Shown in pieces: positions 33,616 through 48,125 of a stretch of 64,000 bases of DNA. How positions within the stretch are numbered: position 1 is the first letter of the stretch; every line of letters starts with the position of its first letter. Source of the DNA: Pelagibacteraceae bacterium AG-325-C03 (GTDB lineage: Bacteria; Pseudomonadota; Alphaproteobacteria; Pelagibacterales; Pelagibacteraceae); assembly GCA_003283025.1 (NCBI GenBank), contig QBYC01000001.1, positions 13,308 through 77,307 of the forward strand, given 5' to 3'. A program made the translations under genes and the position numbers. Below the pieces are notes generated by a model, which saw nothing but the letters and a program-made list of their open reading frames with translations, did no database searches and was not told the DNA's origin.

Positions 33616-34487
33616 TGAAGGGCTTTAAACTCATAGTACCTGCAATAATATTGATCGTTGTAGTATTATTTCAGTCTTTATTTATTGTTCAGGAAATTAG
33701 TCAAGCTATAGTTCTGCAATTTGGTGATCCCAAAAAAATAGTCACTAAAGCAGGTTTAAACTTTAAATTACCTTTTATTCAAAATGTAGTTTTCTTAGAT
33801 AAGCGGATTTTAAATTTAGATAACGCTCCGGAAGAGGTAATTGCAGCTGATCAAAAACGTTTAATCGTTGATGCCATAGCTAGATTTAAAATTGTAGATC
33901 CACTTAAATTCTATATTTCAGTTGGAAATGAAAGAGTTGCAAGATCGAGACTATCTACGATTATAAATTCAAGAATAAGAGGTGTTTTAGGTACTCAGGA
34001 ATTAGCAACACTATTATCTACTGATAGAACGAAACAAATGTCGATTATACAAAACGATGTAAATACAGAGGCTAAAAACTTTGGAATTGAAATTGTTGAT
34101 GTAAGAATTAAAAGAGCAGACTTACCTCCAGCAAACAGTGATGCCATTTATAAAAGAATGCAAACTGAAAGAGAAAGAGAAGCAAAAGAATTTAGAGCAC
34201 AAGGAGCAGAGATTGCGCAAAAAATTAGATCTACAGCCGATAAAGATGTTACAGTAATTTTAGCTGAGGCAAATAAAAAATCAGAAATTATGAAAGGTGA
34301 AGGTGATGGTTTAAGAAACAAAATCTTTGCTGATGCTTTTGGACAAGATCCTCAATTTTTTGCATTCTATCGAGCAATGCAAGCTTACGAAAAAGCTTTA
34401 ATTGGAGGAGAAACTTCACTAGTATTATCTCCCGATAGTGAATTCTTCAAATTTTTTGGAAAGTCTAGTCCGGTTATAAAAAAATAA
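33615..34487 (+). CDS. hflC: FtsH modulator HflC
   Basis: SPFH domain, DVRIKRADLP, RMQTERER, FFAFYRAM. Confidence 0.95.
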   Translation: MKGFKLIVPAIILIVVVLFQSLFIVQEISQAIVLQFGDPKKIVTKAGLNFKLPFIQNVVFLDKRILNLDNAPEEVIAADQKRLIVDAIARFKIVDPLKFYISVGNERVARSRLSTIINSRIRGVLGTQELATLLSTDRTKQMSIIQNDVNTEAKNFGIEIVDVRIKRADLPPANSDAIYKRMQTEREREAKEFRAQGAEIAQKIRSTADKDVTVILAEANKKSEIMKGEGDGLRNKIFADAFGQDPQFFAFYRAMQAYEKALIGGETSLVLSPDSEFFKFFGKSSPVIKK

Positions 34488-34501
34488 ATTTCAATTATAC
34501 T

Positions 34502-34687
34502 GTGAACGAGCTTATTATTGCCTTCGGATTGCTTTTTTTCATTGAAGGTTTATTTTTTGCCATTTTCCCGTCAAGAATCAAAAATATATTAGAGATTATC
34601 AAGAATACACCAGAACATAAATTGAGATTGTTTGGTTTGGTTTTTTTGATTATAGGCTTTTTAATAATTTGGTATGTTAAAAATTAA
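34502..34687 (+). CDS. DUF2065 small membrane protein
   Basis: GL.F.IEGL...FP, LRLFG; typical position after hflC. Confidence 0.85.
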   Translation: MNELIIAFGLLFFIEGLFFAIFPSRIKNILEIIKNTPEHKLRLFGLVFLIIGFLIIWYVKN

Positions 34688-36091
34688 ATGAATTTTTTCA
34701 GAAAGATATTTTTCTTAATAGTTATTTTCAATTTTTCAACTAAAGCAGTTAAGGCTGTTCCAGAGTCTTTTGCAGATCTTGCAGAAAAATTAATGCCCTC
34801 AGTTGTTAATATTTCAACTACTCAAACTGTTAGAACAACCACTAATCAATTTCCTTTTCAATTTCCTCCAGGATCACCTTTTGGTGAAATGTTTAAAGAT
34901 TTTGAAAGACCAACTGAAAGAAAAGCATCCTCCTTAGGATCTGGCTTTATTGTAAGAGAAGATGGCACTGTAATCACAAATAATCATGTGATTGCTAATG
35001 CAGAAGATATCTTGATAAAAGTTGGTGATAAAGAATTTAATGCAGACGTAATTGGTGCTGATCCATACATGGATCTTGCTGTTTTAAAAATAAAATCTCA
35101 AGATAAGTTTACACCTGTAAGTTTTGGCGACTCAAACAAAGCAAGAGTAGGAGATTGGGTTGTAGCTATAGGAAATCCTTTTGGCTTAGGTGGAACAGTA
35201 ACCTCAGGAATTATTTCGGCAAGAAATAGACAAATTGGTTTAACGAGATACGAGGATTTTATTCAAACTGATGCATCAATAAACCAGGGAAATTCTGGCG
35301 GACCATTGTTTAATCTTAAAGGCGAAGTAATCGGAGTTAACACTGCAATTATAGCCCCAGGTCAATCAGGTTCGATTGGAATAGGATTTGCTATACCATC
35401 CAATGCTGCATCTAATGTCATTGATCAATTAATAAAATTTGGAGAGACAAAAAGAGGATGGTTAGGAGTTAGAATTCAAGAAGTTACAAAGGAAATAGCT
35501 GATGTTGAAAAACTAAAAAAACCTGAAGGGGCATTAGTGGCAAGTGTAGGACAAAATAGTCCTGCAGATAAGGCAGGGATTAAAGCCGGTGACATAATAT
35601 TAGAATTTGATGGAAAAAAAATTAACACAATGAAAAAATTACCAAACGTAGTTGCAAACACTAGAGTAGGTAAAAGTGTTGAACTTAAGATCTGGAGAAA
35701 TAAGAAATTAATCTCAAAAAGACTAACTCTAGGAAGACTTGAAACATCTGAAGAGTTTAAAGAAACAAAACCAAAAATTGTTAAAAAGGATGAAGAAATT
35801 GAGAAGCTTAAAATAGTAGTAAGAGAAATTAACGATAAAGATATATCTTCGAGAAATTTAGAAAAAAAATTAACAGGAGTTATCATCACAGAAATTTTAA
35901 ATCGAAGCCCACTTGATAACCTCTTGAATATAAATGATATTATTATTGAAGTCCAAAAGACACCTATAAAATCTACATCTGATTTAAAAAAAATAGTAAA
36001 AAGTATTTTTAAAAAAGGTGAGAAAACTCTATTATTAACTATAATTAATACAAATAATCGAAGACGATATCTAGGCGTCAAAATAAATTAA
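34688..36091 (+). CDS. degP: DegP/DegQ periplasmic serine protease
   Basis: GSGF, TNNHV, QTDASINQGNSGG, two PDZ domains. Confidence 0.93.
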   Translation: MNFFRKIFFLIVIFNFSTKAVKAVPESFADLAEKLMPSVVNISTTQTVRTTTNQFPFQFPPGSPFGEMFKDFERPTERKASSLGSGFIVREDGTVITNNHVIANAEDILIKVGDKEFNADVIGADPYMDLAVLKIKSQDKFTPVSFGDSNKARVGDWVVAIGNPFGLGGTVTSGIISARNRQIGLTRYEDFIQTDASINQGNSGGPLFNLKGEVIGVNTAIIAPGQSGSIGIGFAIPSNAASNVIDQLIKFGETKRGWLGVRIQEVTKEIADVEKLKKPEGALVASVGQNSPADKAGIKAGDIILEFDGKKINTMKKLPNVVANTRVGKSVELKIWRNKKLISKRLTLGRLETSEEFKETKPKIVKKDEEIEKLKIVVREINDKDISSRNLEKKLTGVIITEILNRSPLDNLLNINDIIIEVQKTPIKSTSDLKKIVKSIFKKGEKTLLLTIINTNNRRRYLGVKIN

Positions 36092-36093
36092 TT

Positions 36094-37011
36094 TTGTTAA
36101 AAAAAATTGTTCTCTTGGCAGGGCCAACAGCATCAGGAAAATCAAAATTAGCTTTTTATTTAGCAAAAAAAATAAAGGGAGAAATCATAAATGCAGATAG
36201 TATGCAAATTTATAGAGAATTTTCCATTTTATCTTCAAGACCCTCTAAAATAGAAACAAGAAAAATTAAACATCATCTTTACGGAATAATCTCAGGTAAA
36301 AAATATTTTTCTGCGGGCGATTGGTTAAAAAAAGTTAAAGAAAAGATTAATTTATGCATAAAAAATAAAAAAGTTCCAATTATAGTAGGCGGAACAGGAT
36401 TATATTTTAATACCATAACAAAAGGAATAAGCAAAATACCTGATGTAGATACAAAGACTAGGAAAAAAGTAAGAGACTTATTTAATAAATTAGGATCTAA
36501 AAAGTTTTATGAAAAACTTTTAGAGTTAGATCCTAAAGTTAAAGACAAAATATTAGCTACAGACTCTCAAAGATTACAAAGGGCTTATGAGGTAAAACTT
36601 AAAACTAGAAGATCCATATTCGATTGGATTATTAAAACACGCTCAGATTTTTTAAACTTTGATTTAAAAAAAATTTTCATAAATATTCCAAGAGAGGAAT
36701 TACTTAAAAAGATATCCAAAAGAACAGACCTTATGTTTAAAGATAATTGTGTAGAAGAAGTTAAAAGGTTTAATATATTAAAGCTTAAGAAGAGCCAGTC
36801 TGTAAATAAACTTATAGGTGTTCAAGAGATTAATCGGTATTTAAAAAAAATGATCTCATTAAATGAGTGCAAAGATCTAGTGAATATTAGGACGAGGCAG
36901 TATGCTAAGAGACAAAATACATGGGCTAGAGGTCATATGAAGAACTGGAACAAGCTTTACTCTAAAAATCTCTCTATTCTTCTAAAAAAAACATTAAAAG
37001 TCGTAAGCTAA
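36094..37011 (+). CDS. miaA: tRNA dimethylallyltransferase
   Basis: GPTASGKS, NADSMQIY, VGGTGLY, TRQYAKRQ.TW. Confidence 0.96.
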   Translation: MLKKIVLLAGPTASGKSKLAFYLAKKIKGEIINADSMQIYREFSILSSRPSKIETRKIKHHLYGIISGKKYFSAGDWLKKVKEKINLCIKNKKVPIIVGGTGLYFNTITKGISKIPDVDTKTRKKVRDLFNKLGSKKFYEKLLELDPKVKDKILATDSQRLQRAYEVKLKTRRSIFDWIIKTRSDFLNFDLKKIFINIPREELLKKISKRTDLMFKDNCVEEVKRFNILKLKKSQSVNKLIGVQEINRYLKKMISLNECKDLVNIRTRQYAKRQNTWARGHMKNWNKLYSKNLSILLKKTLKVVS

Positions 37012-37014
37012 AAC

Positions 37015-37042
37015 TTGACGGTTCTCATTTCTAGGCTAGATT
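37015..37042 (+). promoter_or_regulatory. Putative sigma70 promoter, leaderless ilv transcript
   Basis: TTGACG-N16-TAGATT, 6 nt before ATG 37049. Confidence 0.55.
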
Positions 37043-37048
37043 GTATGA

Positions 37049-38818
37049 ATGCCAAAATTATTGAGCGGAGCAGAAATAGTTTTTAAATCTTTAGAGGATC
37101 AAAAAGTGGAATATATTTTTGGTTATCCTGGAGGAGCTGTTCTTCCAATTTATGATGAGTTAAAAAATCATAAATCTATTAAACATATTCTAGCAAGACA
37201 CGAGCAAGGTGCAGGTCATGCCGCAGAAGGTTATGCTAGATCAAGTGGTAAGCCAGGAGTTTTATTAGTTACCTCAGGTCCTGGTGCTACAAATGCTGTC
37301 ACTGCATTGACAGACGCTTATATGGATTCAATACCCATAGTTTGTATTTCAGGACAAGTGCCAACGCATTTAATTGGAACAGATGCATTTCAAGAATGTG
37401 ACACAACGGGAATAACAAGACCTTGTACTAAACATAATTGGTTGGTGAAAGATGTAAATGATTTAGCAGATATCATGAACCAAGCTTTTAAAATTGCAAC
37501 TACGGGTCGACCGGGACCAGTTTTAGTAGATATTCCTAAAGATATTCAATTTGATAAAGGTGCTTATAAAATTAGTAAAAATAAATTAGAAAAAAAATTA
37601 AATGGTACGCTAAGCAACAAAATAAATTTAAAAGAAGTAGATAAGTTTATAGAGATGATAAAAAAATCATCTAAACCTATTTTTTATACAGGTGGCGGGG
37701 TAATAAATTCAGGTCCAAAAGCGAGTCAACTTCTTAAAGAAATTGTTTTACTTACTGGTTTTCCAATTACCTCTACTTTACAAGGATTAGGAGCTTATCC
37801 TGGAGATGATCCTCAATTTTTGGGAATGCTTGGTATGCATGGAACTTATGAAGCTAATAATGCTATGCACGATTGTGACTTGATGATCAATATCGGCGCA
37901 AGGTTTGATGATAGAATAACTGGAAAAATAGATGAGTTTTCTCCAAAATCAAAAAAAATTCATATTGATATCGATCCATCTTCTATTGGAAAAAATGTAA
38001 AAGTTGATTTAGCTATTACAAGCGACGTAACAGAATTGTTAAAAGCAGTTTTAAAAAGTTTTAAAGAAAAAAATAAAAACTTTATAAATTCGAATAAGCA
38101 AAAAACTGCAAATTGGTGGAGTCAAATTGACAAGTGGAGAGAAAAAAAATCTTTAAATTTTAAAAATAGTAAAGAGACAATTAAACCTCAACATGCAGTG
38201 CAAAGACTCTATGAGTTAACTAAAGATCAAGATACCTTTATCACAACAGAAGTTGGACAACACCAAATGTGGGCTGCTCAACATTATAAGTTTAATAAGC
38301 CAAATAGATGGATGACTTCTGGAGGCCTTGGAACTATGGGTTATGGCTTACCTGCAGCAATAGGTGTACAAATAGCTCATCCGAAAAAACTAGTAATTGA
38401 TATTGCTGGAGAGGCATCAATTTTGATGAACATTCAAGAAATGTCGACTGCTATTCAATATAGATTGCCAATAAAAATATTTATTTTAAATAATGAGTAC
38501 ATGGGAATGGTACGGCAATGGCAAGAACTACTACATGATAAAAATTATTCTGAGAGTTATACCGAGGCTTTACCAGATTTTGTTAAATTAGCCGAGGCAT
38601 ATGGTGCAGTAGGTATAAGAGCAAAAACTCCAAATGAATTAGATGAAAAGATAAAAGAAATGATCAATTTGGATAAACCTGTAATTTTTGATTGTGTAGT
38701 TGATAAAGTAGAAAATTGTTATCCTATGATACCATCTGGCAAACCTCATAACCAAATGCTCCTAGGGCCTGAAGATGAAAAAGAAGAAGTTTCAGATGAA
38801 GGAAAAACTTTAGTTTAA
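37049..38818 (+). CDS. ilvI: Acetolactate synthase large subunit
   Basis: FGYPGGA, RHEQGA, TSGPGATN, VGQHQMW, GMVRQWQ. Confidence 0.95.
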   Translation: MPKLLSGAEIVFKSLEDQKVEYIFGYPGGAVLPIYDELKNHKSIKHILARHEQGAGHAAEGYARSSGKPGVLLVTSGPGATNAVTALTDAYMDSIPIVCISGQVPTHLIGTDAFQECDTTGITRPCTKHNWLVKDVNDLADIMNQAFKIATTGRPGPVLVDIPKDIQFDKGAYKISKNKLEKKLNGTLSNKINLKEVDKFIEMIKKSSKPIFYTGGGVINSGPKASQLLKEIVLLTGFPITSTLQGLGAYPGDDPQFLGMLGMHGTYEANNAMHDCDLMINIGARFDDRITGKIDEFSPKSKKIHIDIDPSSIGKNVKVDLAITSDVTELLKAVLKSFKEKNKNFINSNKQKTANWWSQIDKWREKKSLNFKNSKETIKPQHAVQRLYELTKDQDTFITTEVGQHQMWAAQHYKFNKPNRWMTSGGLGTMGYGLPAAIGVQIAHPKKLVIDIAGEASILMNIQEMSTAIQYRLPIKIFILNNEYMGMVRQWQELLHDKNYSESYTEALPDFVKLAEAYGAVGIRAKTPNELDEKIKEMINLDKPVIFDCVVDKVENCYPMIPSGKPHNQMLLGPEDEKEEVSDEGKTLV

Positions 38819-39372
38819 TGTCAAATCCAAAATCAGCTTATAGTCAACCAACTAAATTTGGAAAAGAAAATCATCATATTATCGTCGTCTGGGTAGACAA
38901 TGAAGCTGGTGTTTTAGCTAGAGTTATTGGTTTGTTTTCGGGAAGAGGATATAACATTGAGTCTTTGGCAGTTGCTGAAATTGATAAGAAAAAACATCTC
39001 TCAAGGATTACTATTGTAACTAAAGGAACACCTGAAGTTATTCAACAAATTAAATTACAACTTGGAAAATTAATTCCAGTACACAAAGTGGCTGATTTTT
39101 CTAGGGATGATCCAAAAATTTTATTTAGAGAGTTAGCTTTATTTAAAGTAGTAGGAGCAATAAAAAAACTGGATAAAGCAAAAAAATTATGTAAGAAGCA
39201 TAATGCAATTATTTTAGATAAAACAAAAAAGTCTTTTGTTGTTCAAGTAACTGCTTTAAGAAGAGAAATTGATAAATTAACAATAGCATTAAAACCTTTA
39301 GGTTTAATAAGTGCCTCTAGAACAGGTGCTATTGCAATGACAAAAGGAAAAGAAATTTTTATTAAAAACTAG
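38818..39372 (+). CDS. ilvH: Acetolactate synthase small subunit
   Basis: NEAGVLARVIGLFSGRGYNIESL ACT domain. Confidence 0.95.
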   Translation: MSNPKSAYSQPTKFGKENHHIIVVWVDNEAGVLARVIGLFSGRGYNIESLAVAEIDKKKHLSRITIVTKGTPEVIQQIKLQLGKLIPVHKVADFSRDDPKILFRELALFKVVGAIKKLDKAKKLCKKHNAIILDKTKKSFVVQVTALRREIDKLTIALKPLGLISASRTGAIAMTKGKEIFIKN

Positions 39373-40401
<1,029 letters not shown>

Positions 40402-40504
40402 GCCAATCTGAGTCCATTATAGCTCTTATTGATTACATAATAATTTGCAAATTCTATCTTTGATTGTATTATGAGAAAATCTTGAATTAACAAAAGTTTT
40501 AATT

Positions 40505-43109
<2,605 letters not shown>

Positions 43110-43126
43110 TTTATTTTAATGAATTC

Positions 43127-43972
43127 ATGTCAGTCAGTAGAGAAGATTTTAGTATAGCGTTTCGATCTGCTCTTTTACAAAGAGGAGCATCACAGAAATT
43201 TTCAATATTATCTCTTATTATCGTAGCATTAGTAGTTTTCTTTTTAGACGTTTATGGTTTTGCAGTAGTAAAAACAACAAGAAGTTTCATTAATGACTTA
43301 GTCTATAGAGTGACTTATTTAACCTCTGTCCCAACAAGATTATTCCCGGGCATTAATAAAGGAATAGCAAATCATTTTAATTTAAAAAATGAAAATGAAG
43401 AATTAAGAAAGGTTATAGAGCGTTACAAAGCACTCGATTTAAATTTAGAATATATCTCAAACGAAAATAAAAATTTGAAAAAAGTTTTAGATACAGAAAA
43501 CGTAGAAAGTGTAACAAATATAGTCTTAGCTAAAGTTTTAGTAGATCGTAATAGCCCATTTTTAAAATCGATAATTATTAACAAAGGTAGTAAAGAAGGA
43601 ATTATCAAAGGAATGCCTGTTACTCAAAATAAATATTTGGTTGGACGTATAGTCGAGACAAATTTTTTATCATCAAGAGTACTATTACTAAATGATTTGA
43701 ATAGTAGAATCCCAGTAACTTTTGACGAAAAAAGTACCCAAGCAATATTAACTGGCGGAGGAACACGTAAACCAACATTAGCATATTTGCCTGAAGATTA
43801 TGAATTTAAGGAAAATATAACTGTTTTTGCCTCTGGTAAAGATGGAATTTTTAATGCTGGAACCCCTATAGGAAAAACAAGAAATAATGGCGAGGTAGAA
43901 TTATTCGTAGACCCTAATCAACTATCTTTTGTAACAGTAAATTTAATTAAACCTACAAAAGAAATTTTTTAA
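43127..43972 (+). CDS. mreC: Rod shape protein MreC
   Basis: TM plus coiled coil, INKGS..G...GMPV, LVGRI; operon position. Confidence 0.93.
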   Translation: MSVSREDFSIAFRSALLQRGASQKFSILSLIIVALVVFFLDVYGFAVVKTTRSFINDLVYRVTYLTSVPTRLFPGINKGIANHFNLKNENEELRKVIERYKALDLNLEYISNENKNLKKVLDTENVESVTNIVLAKVLVDRNSPFLKSIIINKGSKEGIIKGMPVTQNKYLVGRIVETNFLSSRVLLLNDLNSRIPVTFDEKSTQAILTGGGTRKPTLAYLPEDYEFKENITVFASGKDGIFNAGTPIGKTRNNGEVELFVDPNQLSFVTVNLIKPTKEIF

Positions 43973-44484
43973 TGGCTAAAAAAAATATAATAAATAAACT
44001 ATTTGCGGCTGGTCCTCTGATTTTATTATATTATTTATCTATAAGTGAAGTTGACACAAATCTAGAAAAATTATTTGACATTTTTTCTATAAATTTACAA
44101 ATAATAATAATTTATTTTTGGATAATAAAACGTCCTAGTTTAATGGGAACAGGACATATTTTTTTTGCAGGACTTATAAATGACGTAGTCATGGGTTTTC
44201 CTCTAGGTATAAGTTCATTGTCCTATTTAGTAGTTTGTTTTGTTGGTAACTATGTAAGAAACAAAAGTGTAAATACAACTATAGCATCTGATTGGTTCAC
44301 TTTTTTTATAGCTTTATTATTTGCTAATTTATTATTTGTTTATTTATTGAATAATTTTTCAGAAGTTATAATTTCTTATGCTAAAATTGGTTATAATACT
44401 TTTTTCACTTTATTTTTGTTTCCAGTTTTCTGGTTTTTATTTCATCTTTATCAAATTAGTTTTATAGGATCTCAAGATGCTTAA
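43972..44484 (+). CDS. mreD: Rod shape protein MreD
   Basis: Hydrophobic; YFW...RP, GLINDVVMGFPLG; between mreC and mrdA. Confidence 0.85.
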   Translation: MAKKNIINKLFAAGPLILLYYLSISEVDTNLEKLFDIFSINLQIIIIYFWIIKRPSLMGTGHIFFAGLINDVVMGFPLGISSLSYLVVCFVGNYVRNKSVNTTIASDWFTFFIALLFANLLFVYLLNNFSEVIISYAKIGYNTFFTLFLFPVFWFLFHLYQISFIGSQDA

Positions 44485-46411
44485 TCTAGGCTCAGGAAAT
44501 ACTGTTATAAAATCAAAACTTATAGGCAGAAGAATGTTTTTAATTACCGCAGCAAAGGCTATAGTAATGGTTGGGCTTGTTGGAAGACTAATATCTCTTC
44601 AAATAAATCAATCTACAAAATATAAGTCTTTATCTGATAAAAATAGGTTTCGAGAATGGAAGCTTGCACCTGAAAGAGGTGTAATTAAGGATTTTTTTAA
44701 TATAGAAATTGCATCTAGCGAACCACTTTATCAATTACACTTAGTTCCAGAAAACTCCAAAGACTTAGATAATTTATTCGTAAGATTAAAAGCAATTTTA
44801 AATATTACAGATAAAAAGGTTTTCTATTTAAAAAAAGTTATAAAAAAACAAAAACCATGGGAACCAGTAATAATTTCTGAAAACTTAGACTGGTCTGAAT
44901 TTTCAAGAATAAATCTATTTTTACATGAACTCGAAGGAGTAGAACCCATTGTATCGGTTGCTAGAACTTATCCTGATAATTCTTCAGCGCATATTCTAGG
45001 CTATGTTTCTCAAATAAGTTCAAAAGATTTACAGACAAAAAAATATCTTCAAGATTTAGCTGTACCAGGTATGGCAATTGGAAAAACAGGTTTAGAAAGA
45101 AAACTCGATGAACAGATAATTGGAAAACGTGGTTATCAACGTTATGAAGTTAATGCCTATGGAAAAAGAATTAGAGAAATTAAAATTGATGAAGGTCAGG
45201 CAGGTAAAAGCTTTAAAACAACTTTAGATTATGAAGTTCAAAAATTTACTAATGAATTATTAAAAGAAAAAGCAGCCGCTGTATGTGTAATGGATGTTTA
45301 CAACGGAGACATTGTCTCTTTAGTTTCTTCTCCGACTTTTGAACCTAATGAATTTGTTCATGGATTAGATAAAACTTATTGGAATAGTTTAATTAAAGAC
45401 GAAAAGAAACCATTAGCTAACAAAGCATTATCAGGGTTATACCCCCCAGGGTCTACGATCAAGACTTTAGTGGCTTTGAGTGCTTTAGAAAATAAAATTA
45501 TCAAGCCGTTAGATACCTTTAGATGTGAAGGAAAAATAGAGTTATACGGTGAAAAATTTCACTGTTGGGAGAAAGATGGACACGGTATTGTAAACCTTAG
45601 AAAAGGTATACAAAGATCTTGCGATGTTTATTTTTATGAAATTGCCAGAAAACTTGGTGTTGATCGATTATCAGAAACTGCAAAACGATTTGGTCTAGGG
45701 AAAAAGGTTTTAAATGATTTCTTTGAAGAAAAGTCAGGAGTAGTGCCAAACACAAAATGGAAAAAAAAATTTGTTGGACAAAATTGGTACTTAGGCGAAA
45801 CTCTTCATTCAGGAATTGGCCAAGGATACTTTCAAAGTACGCCACTACAATTATGTTTAATGACCGCTCAAATCGCTAACGGTGGATTTAAAATAAATCC
45901 TAGAATAATATTTGATGAAAAAAATGATAACTTAAGAAATTATTTAAAATATAAGAACAAAAACCCAAATGAACCACTTCCAAATGACCTGATAGTATCA
46001 AATTTTGATTTACAACCATTATTTAAAAACCAGGAACATATAAACTTAATCAAAGATGCGATGTATTCATCATCTAATGAGCCCGGAGGAACTTCTTATA
46101 GTCACAGATTAGAAAATCCAAAATATACTTTTGCAGGAAAAACTGGATCATCACAAATTAAAAGATTTACAGATGAACAGCGTGAGGCTGAAGTAAAACA
46201 AATAAGCTTACCTTACAAAGACAGGGACCATGCATTATTTGTAGCTTTCGCACCTTACAAAAATCCGCAATATGCAATTAGTGTTTTAGTTGAGCACGGT
46301 GGCTCCGGTGGAAAAACTGCGGCGCCAATAGCAAAGAAAGTAATCAAAAAGGTTCTTGAGAGACATGAATTAAGAAGAAATACTAATAGTCAAATCGGAG
46401 AAAATGTATAA
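44477..46411 (+). CDS. mrdA: Penicillin-binding protein 2
   Basis: PGSTIK (SxxK), SCD (SxD), KTG motifs. Confidence 0.95.
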   Translation: MLNLGSGNTVIKSKLIGRRMFLITAAKAIVMVGLVGRLISLQINQSTKYKSLSDKNRFREWKLAPERGVIKDFFNIEIASSEPLYQLHLVPENSKDLDNLFVRLKAILNITDKKVFYLKKVIKKQKPWEPVIISENLDWSEFSRINLFLHELEGVEPIVSVARTYPDNSSAHILGYVSQISSKDLQTKKYLQDLAVPGMAIGKTGLERKLDEQIIGKRGYQRYEVNAYGKRIREIKIDEGQAGKSFKTTLDYEVQKFTNELLKEKAAAVCVMDVYNGDIVSLVSSPTFEPNEFVHGLDKTYWNSLIKDEKKPLANKALSGLYPPGSTIKTLVALSALENKIIKPLDTFRCEGKIELYGEKFHCWEKDGHGIVNLRKGIQRSCDVYFYEIARKLGVDRLSETAKRFGLGKKVLNDFFEEKSGVVPNTKWKKKFVGQNWYLGETLHSGIGQGYFQSTPLQLCLMTAQIANGGFKINPRIIFDEKNDNLRNYLKYKNKNPNEPLPNDLIVSNFDLQPLFKNQEHINLIKDAMYSSSNEPGGTSYSHRLENPKYTFAGKTGSSQIKRFTDEQREAEVKQISLPYKDRDHALFVAFAPYKNPQYAISVLVEHGGSGGKTAAPIAKKVIKKVLERHELRRNTNSQIGENV

Positions 46412-47535
46412 TGTTACAACAAAGGTCCATTCATTCTTCTTTAGGTATTAGAGATAAAATACTGTCTCTAGATTTTATTTTAGTTTTTTCAATTTTAGTT
46501 TTAGGAGTTATTAGCATGTTTGCAATGTATTCAACAGATGGTGGAGAGTTTAAATATCATACCAACAGTCATATCTTAAGATTTTTTGTTTTTTTCGGTA
46601 TGTTCTTTATTGTTTCATTTATTTCAATAAGATTTTGGCATGAAACAAGCTATTTAATTTATATTGGAATTTTTATTTTGTTACTTTTGGTTAAGTATTT
46701 TGGACTTACTTCATCTGGATCAAAAAGATGGTTAGATCTTTATTTTATGAATTTACAACCATCAGAGCTTATGAAAATTGGATTAATACTATTTTTAGCT
46801 AAGTATTATCATAGAATATCAATTGAAAGCATAAATAGCTTAAAACATTTAATTTTACCTATTACAGTTTTAATAGCACCCATTATTTTAGTTGCTTCTC
46901 AACCTGACCTTGGGACATCTATTTTAATCGCTTCAGGAGGAGTAATTGTAGCATGGTTAGCTGGAGTAAAAGCAAAGTTTTTTGTAATATCTGGAGTATC
47001 TATGTTAGCGTTATTGCCAATAGCTATTTCATTTCTAAAACCCTATCAAAAATCAAGAATTTTAACATTTTTAAATCCAGAAAGTGATCCATTAGGAGCC
47101 GGTTATCAAATCATCCAATCTAAAATTGCAATTGGTTCCGGAGGTTTGTTTGGGAAAGGTTTTTTAAACGGTTCACAAAGTTATCTTGATTATTTACCTG
47201 AAAAACATACAGATTTTATTTTTACTCTTTTTTCAGAAGAGTTTGGTTTTTTTGGATCATTATTTATCTTACTTCTCTACGCGTTAATTATCTCTCGAAT
47301 TATAAATATAGGAAATACAACCCGAAGTAATTTTGGTAAATTATACTGTTACAGCTTTGCCACTGCTTTCTTCATTTATGTTGTGGTAAACATGATGATG
47401 GTCTTAGGTTTACTACCTATAGTAGGATCTCCCTTGCCTATCATGTCATATGGTGGTTCTTCCATGATGGCAATCATGTTTGGTCTTGGAATAGTCATGT
47501 CATGCAAAATTTACAAGGATGTGCCGGTAAATTAG
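46411..47535 (+). CDS. rodA: RodA SEDS glycosyltransferase
   Basis: QPSELMK, QPDLGT, PEKHTDFIF, SYGGSS. Confidence 0.95.
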   Translation: MLQQRSIHSSLGIRDKILSLDFILVFSILVLGVISMFAMYSTDGGEFKYHTNSHILRFFVFFGMFFIVSFISIRFWHETSYLIYIGIFILLLLVKYFGLTSSGSKRWLDLYFMNLQPSELMKIGLILFLAKYYHRISIESINSLKHLILPITVLIAPIILVASQPDLGTSILIASGGVIVAWLAGVKAKFFVISGVSMLALLPIAISFLKPYQKSRILTFLNPESDPLGAGYQIIQSKIAIGSGGLFGKGFLNGSQSYLDYLPEKHTDFIFTLFSEEFGFFGSLFILLLYALIISRIINIGNTTRSNFGKLYCYSFATAFFIYVVVNMMMVLGLLPIVGSPLPIMSYGGSSMMAIMFGLGIVMSCKIYKDVPVN

Positions 47536-47610
47536 CATAAACCCAAACTGAACAATCTGATAAAAGTATTGCAAAAAGTATAAATTAAGAGTTGTATAGA
47601 ACTCAAAATC

Positions 47611-48081
47611 ATGATTAAAATTGTACAAATGTTTGGAGATAGCAAAACAAAAATTAAAGATTCAGAAAGATCACTTATTAGTGAAACAGTGAGTATCGAG
47701 GGGACTATAAATAGTTCTGGAGCTATAGATGTAGCAGGATTAATAAAAGGACCAGTTTTTGTTAAAGAGTTAATTATAAGAGATACTGGATCAATTACGG
47801 GTTCAATTGAAGCTGATAACGTTGAAATTCACGGTCATTTGGATGGCAAAGTTGCAGCACAAAACATTGTGATTGGAGCTACTGGAACAGTTAAAGGTGA
47901 CGTTGAGTTTGGTCAAAATTTAAAAACTGATAACGGTGCTGATATTGACGGCTACATTAAAAAAACAAGTAGTTCAAAATCTAAAATAACTAGTGATTTC
48001 TTATTCAAGAAAAAAGATAAAAAAGACGATACTCAATCTGAAGACAGAGCAGATATAGTAAACAAAGAAGTTACTGCCTAA
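47611..48081 (+). CDS. Bactofilin (polymer-forming cytoskeletal protein)
   Basis: Beta-helical I.G.I.G repeats; start may instead be 47629. Confidence 0.85.
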   Translation: MIKIVQMFGDSKTKIKDSERSLISETVSIEGTINSSGAIDVAGLIKGPVFVKELIIRDTGSITGSIEADNVEIHGHLDGKVAAQNIVIGATGTVKGDVEFGQNLKTDNGADIDGYIKKTSSSKSKITSDFLFKKKDKKDDTQSEDRADIVNKEVTA

Positions 48082-48125
48082 TCTACCGCACTACTAATTT
48101 TAAAACATTACAATATAATTCTCTA

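Noticed and set aside
35476-36081. 201-aa antisense ORF in degP and other short antisense or nested ORFs (e.g. 1366, 8717, 25292, 26567, 40426, 42044, 61727)
   Set aside because: They overlap well-supported genes and are shadow ORFs without motifs.
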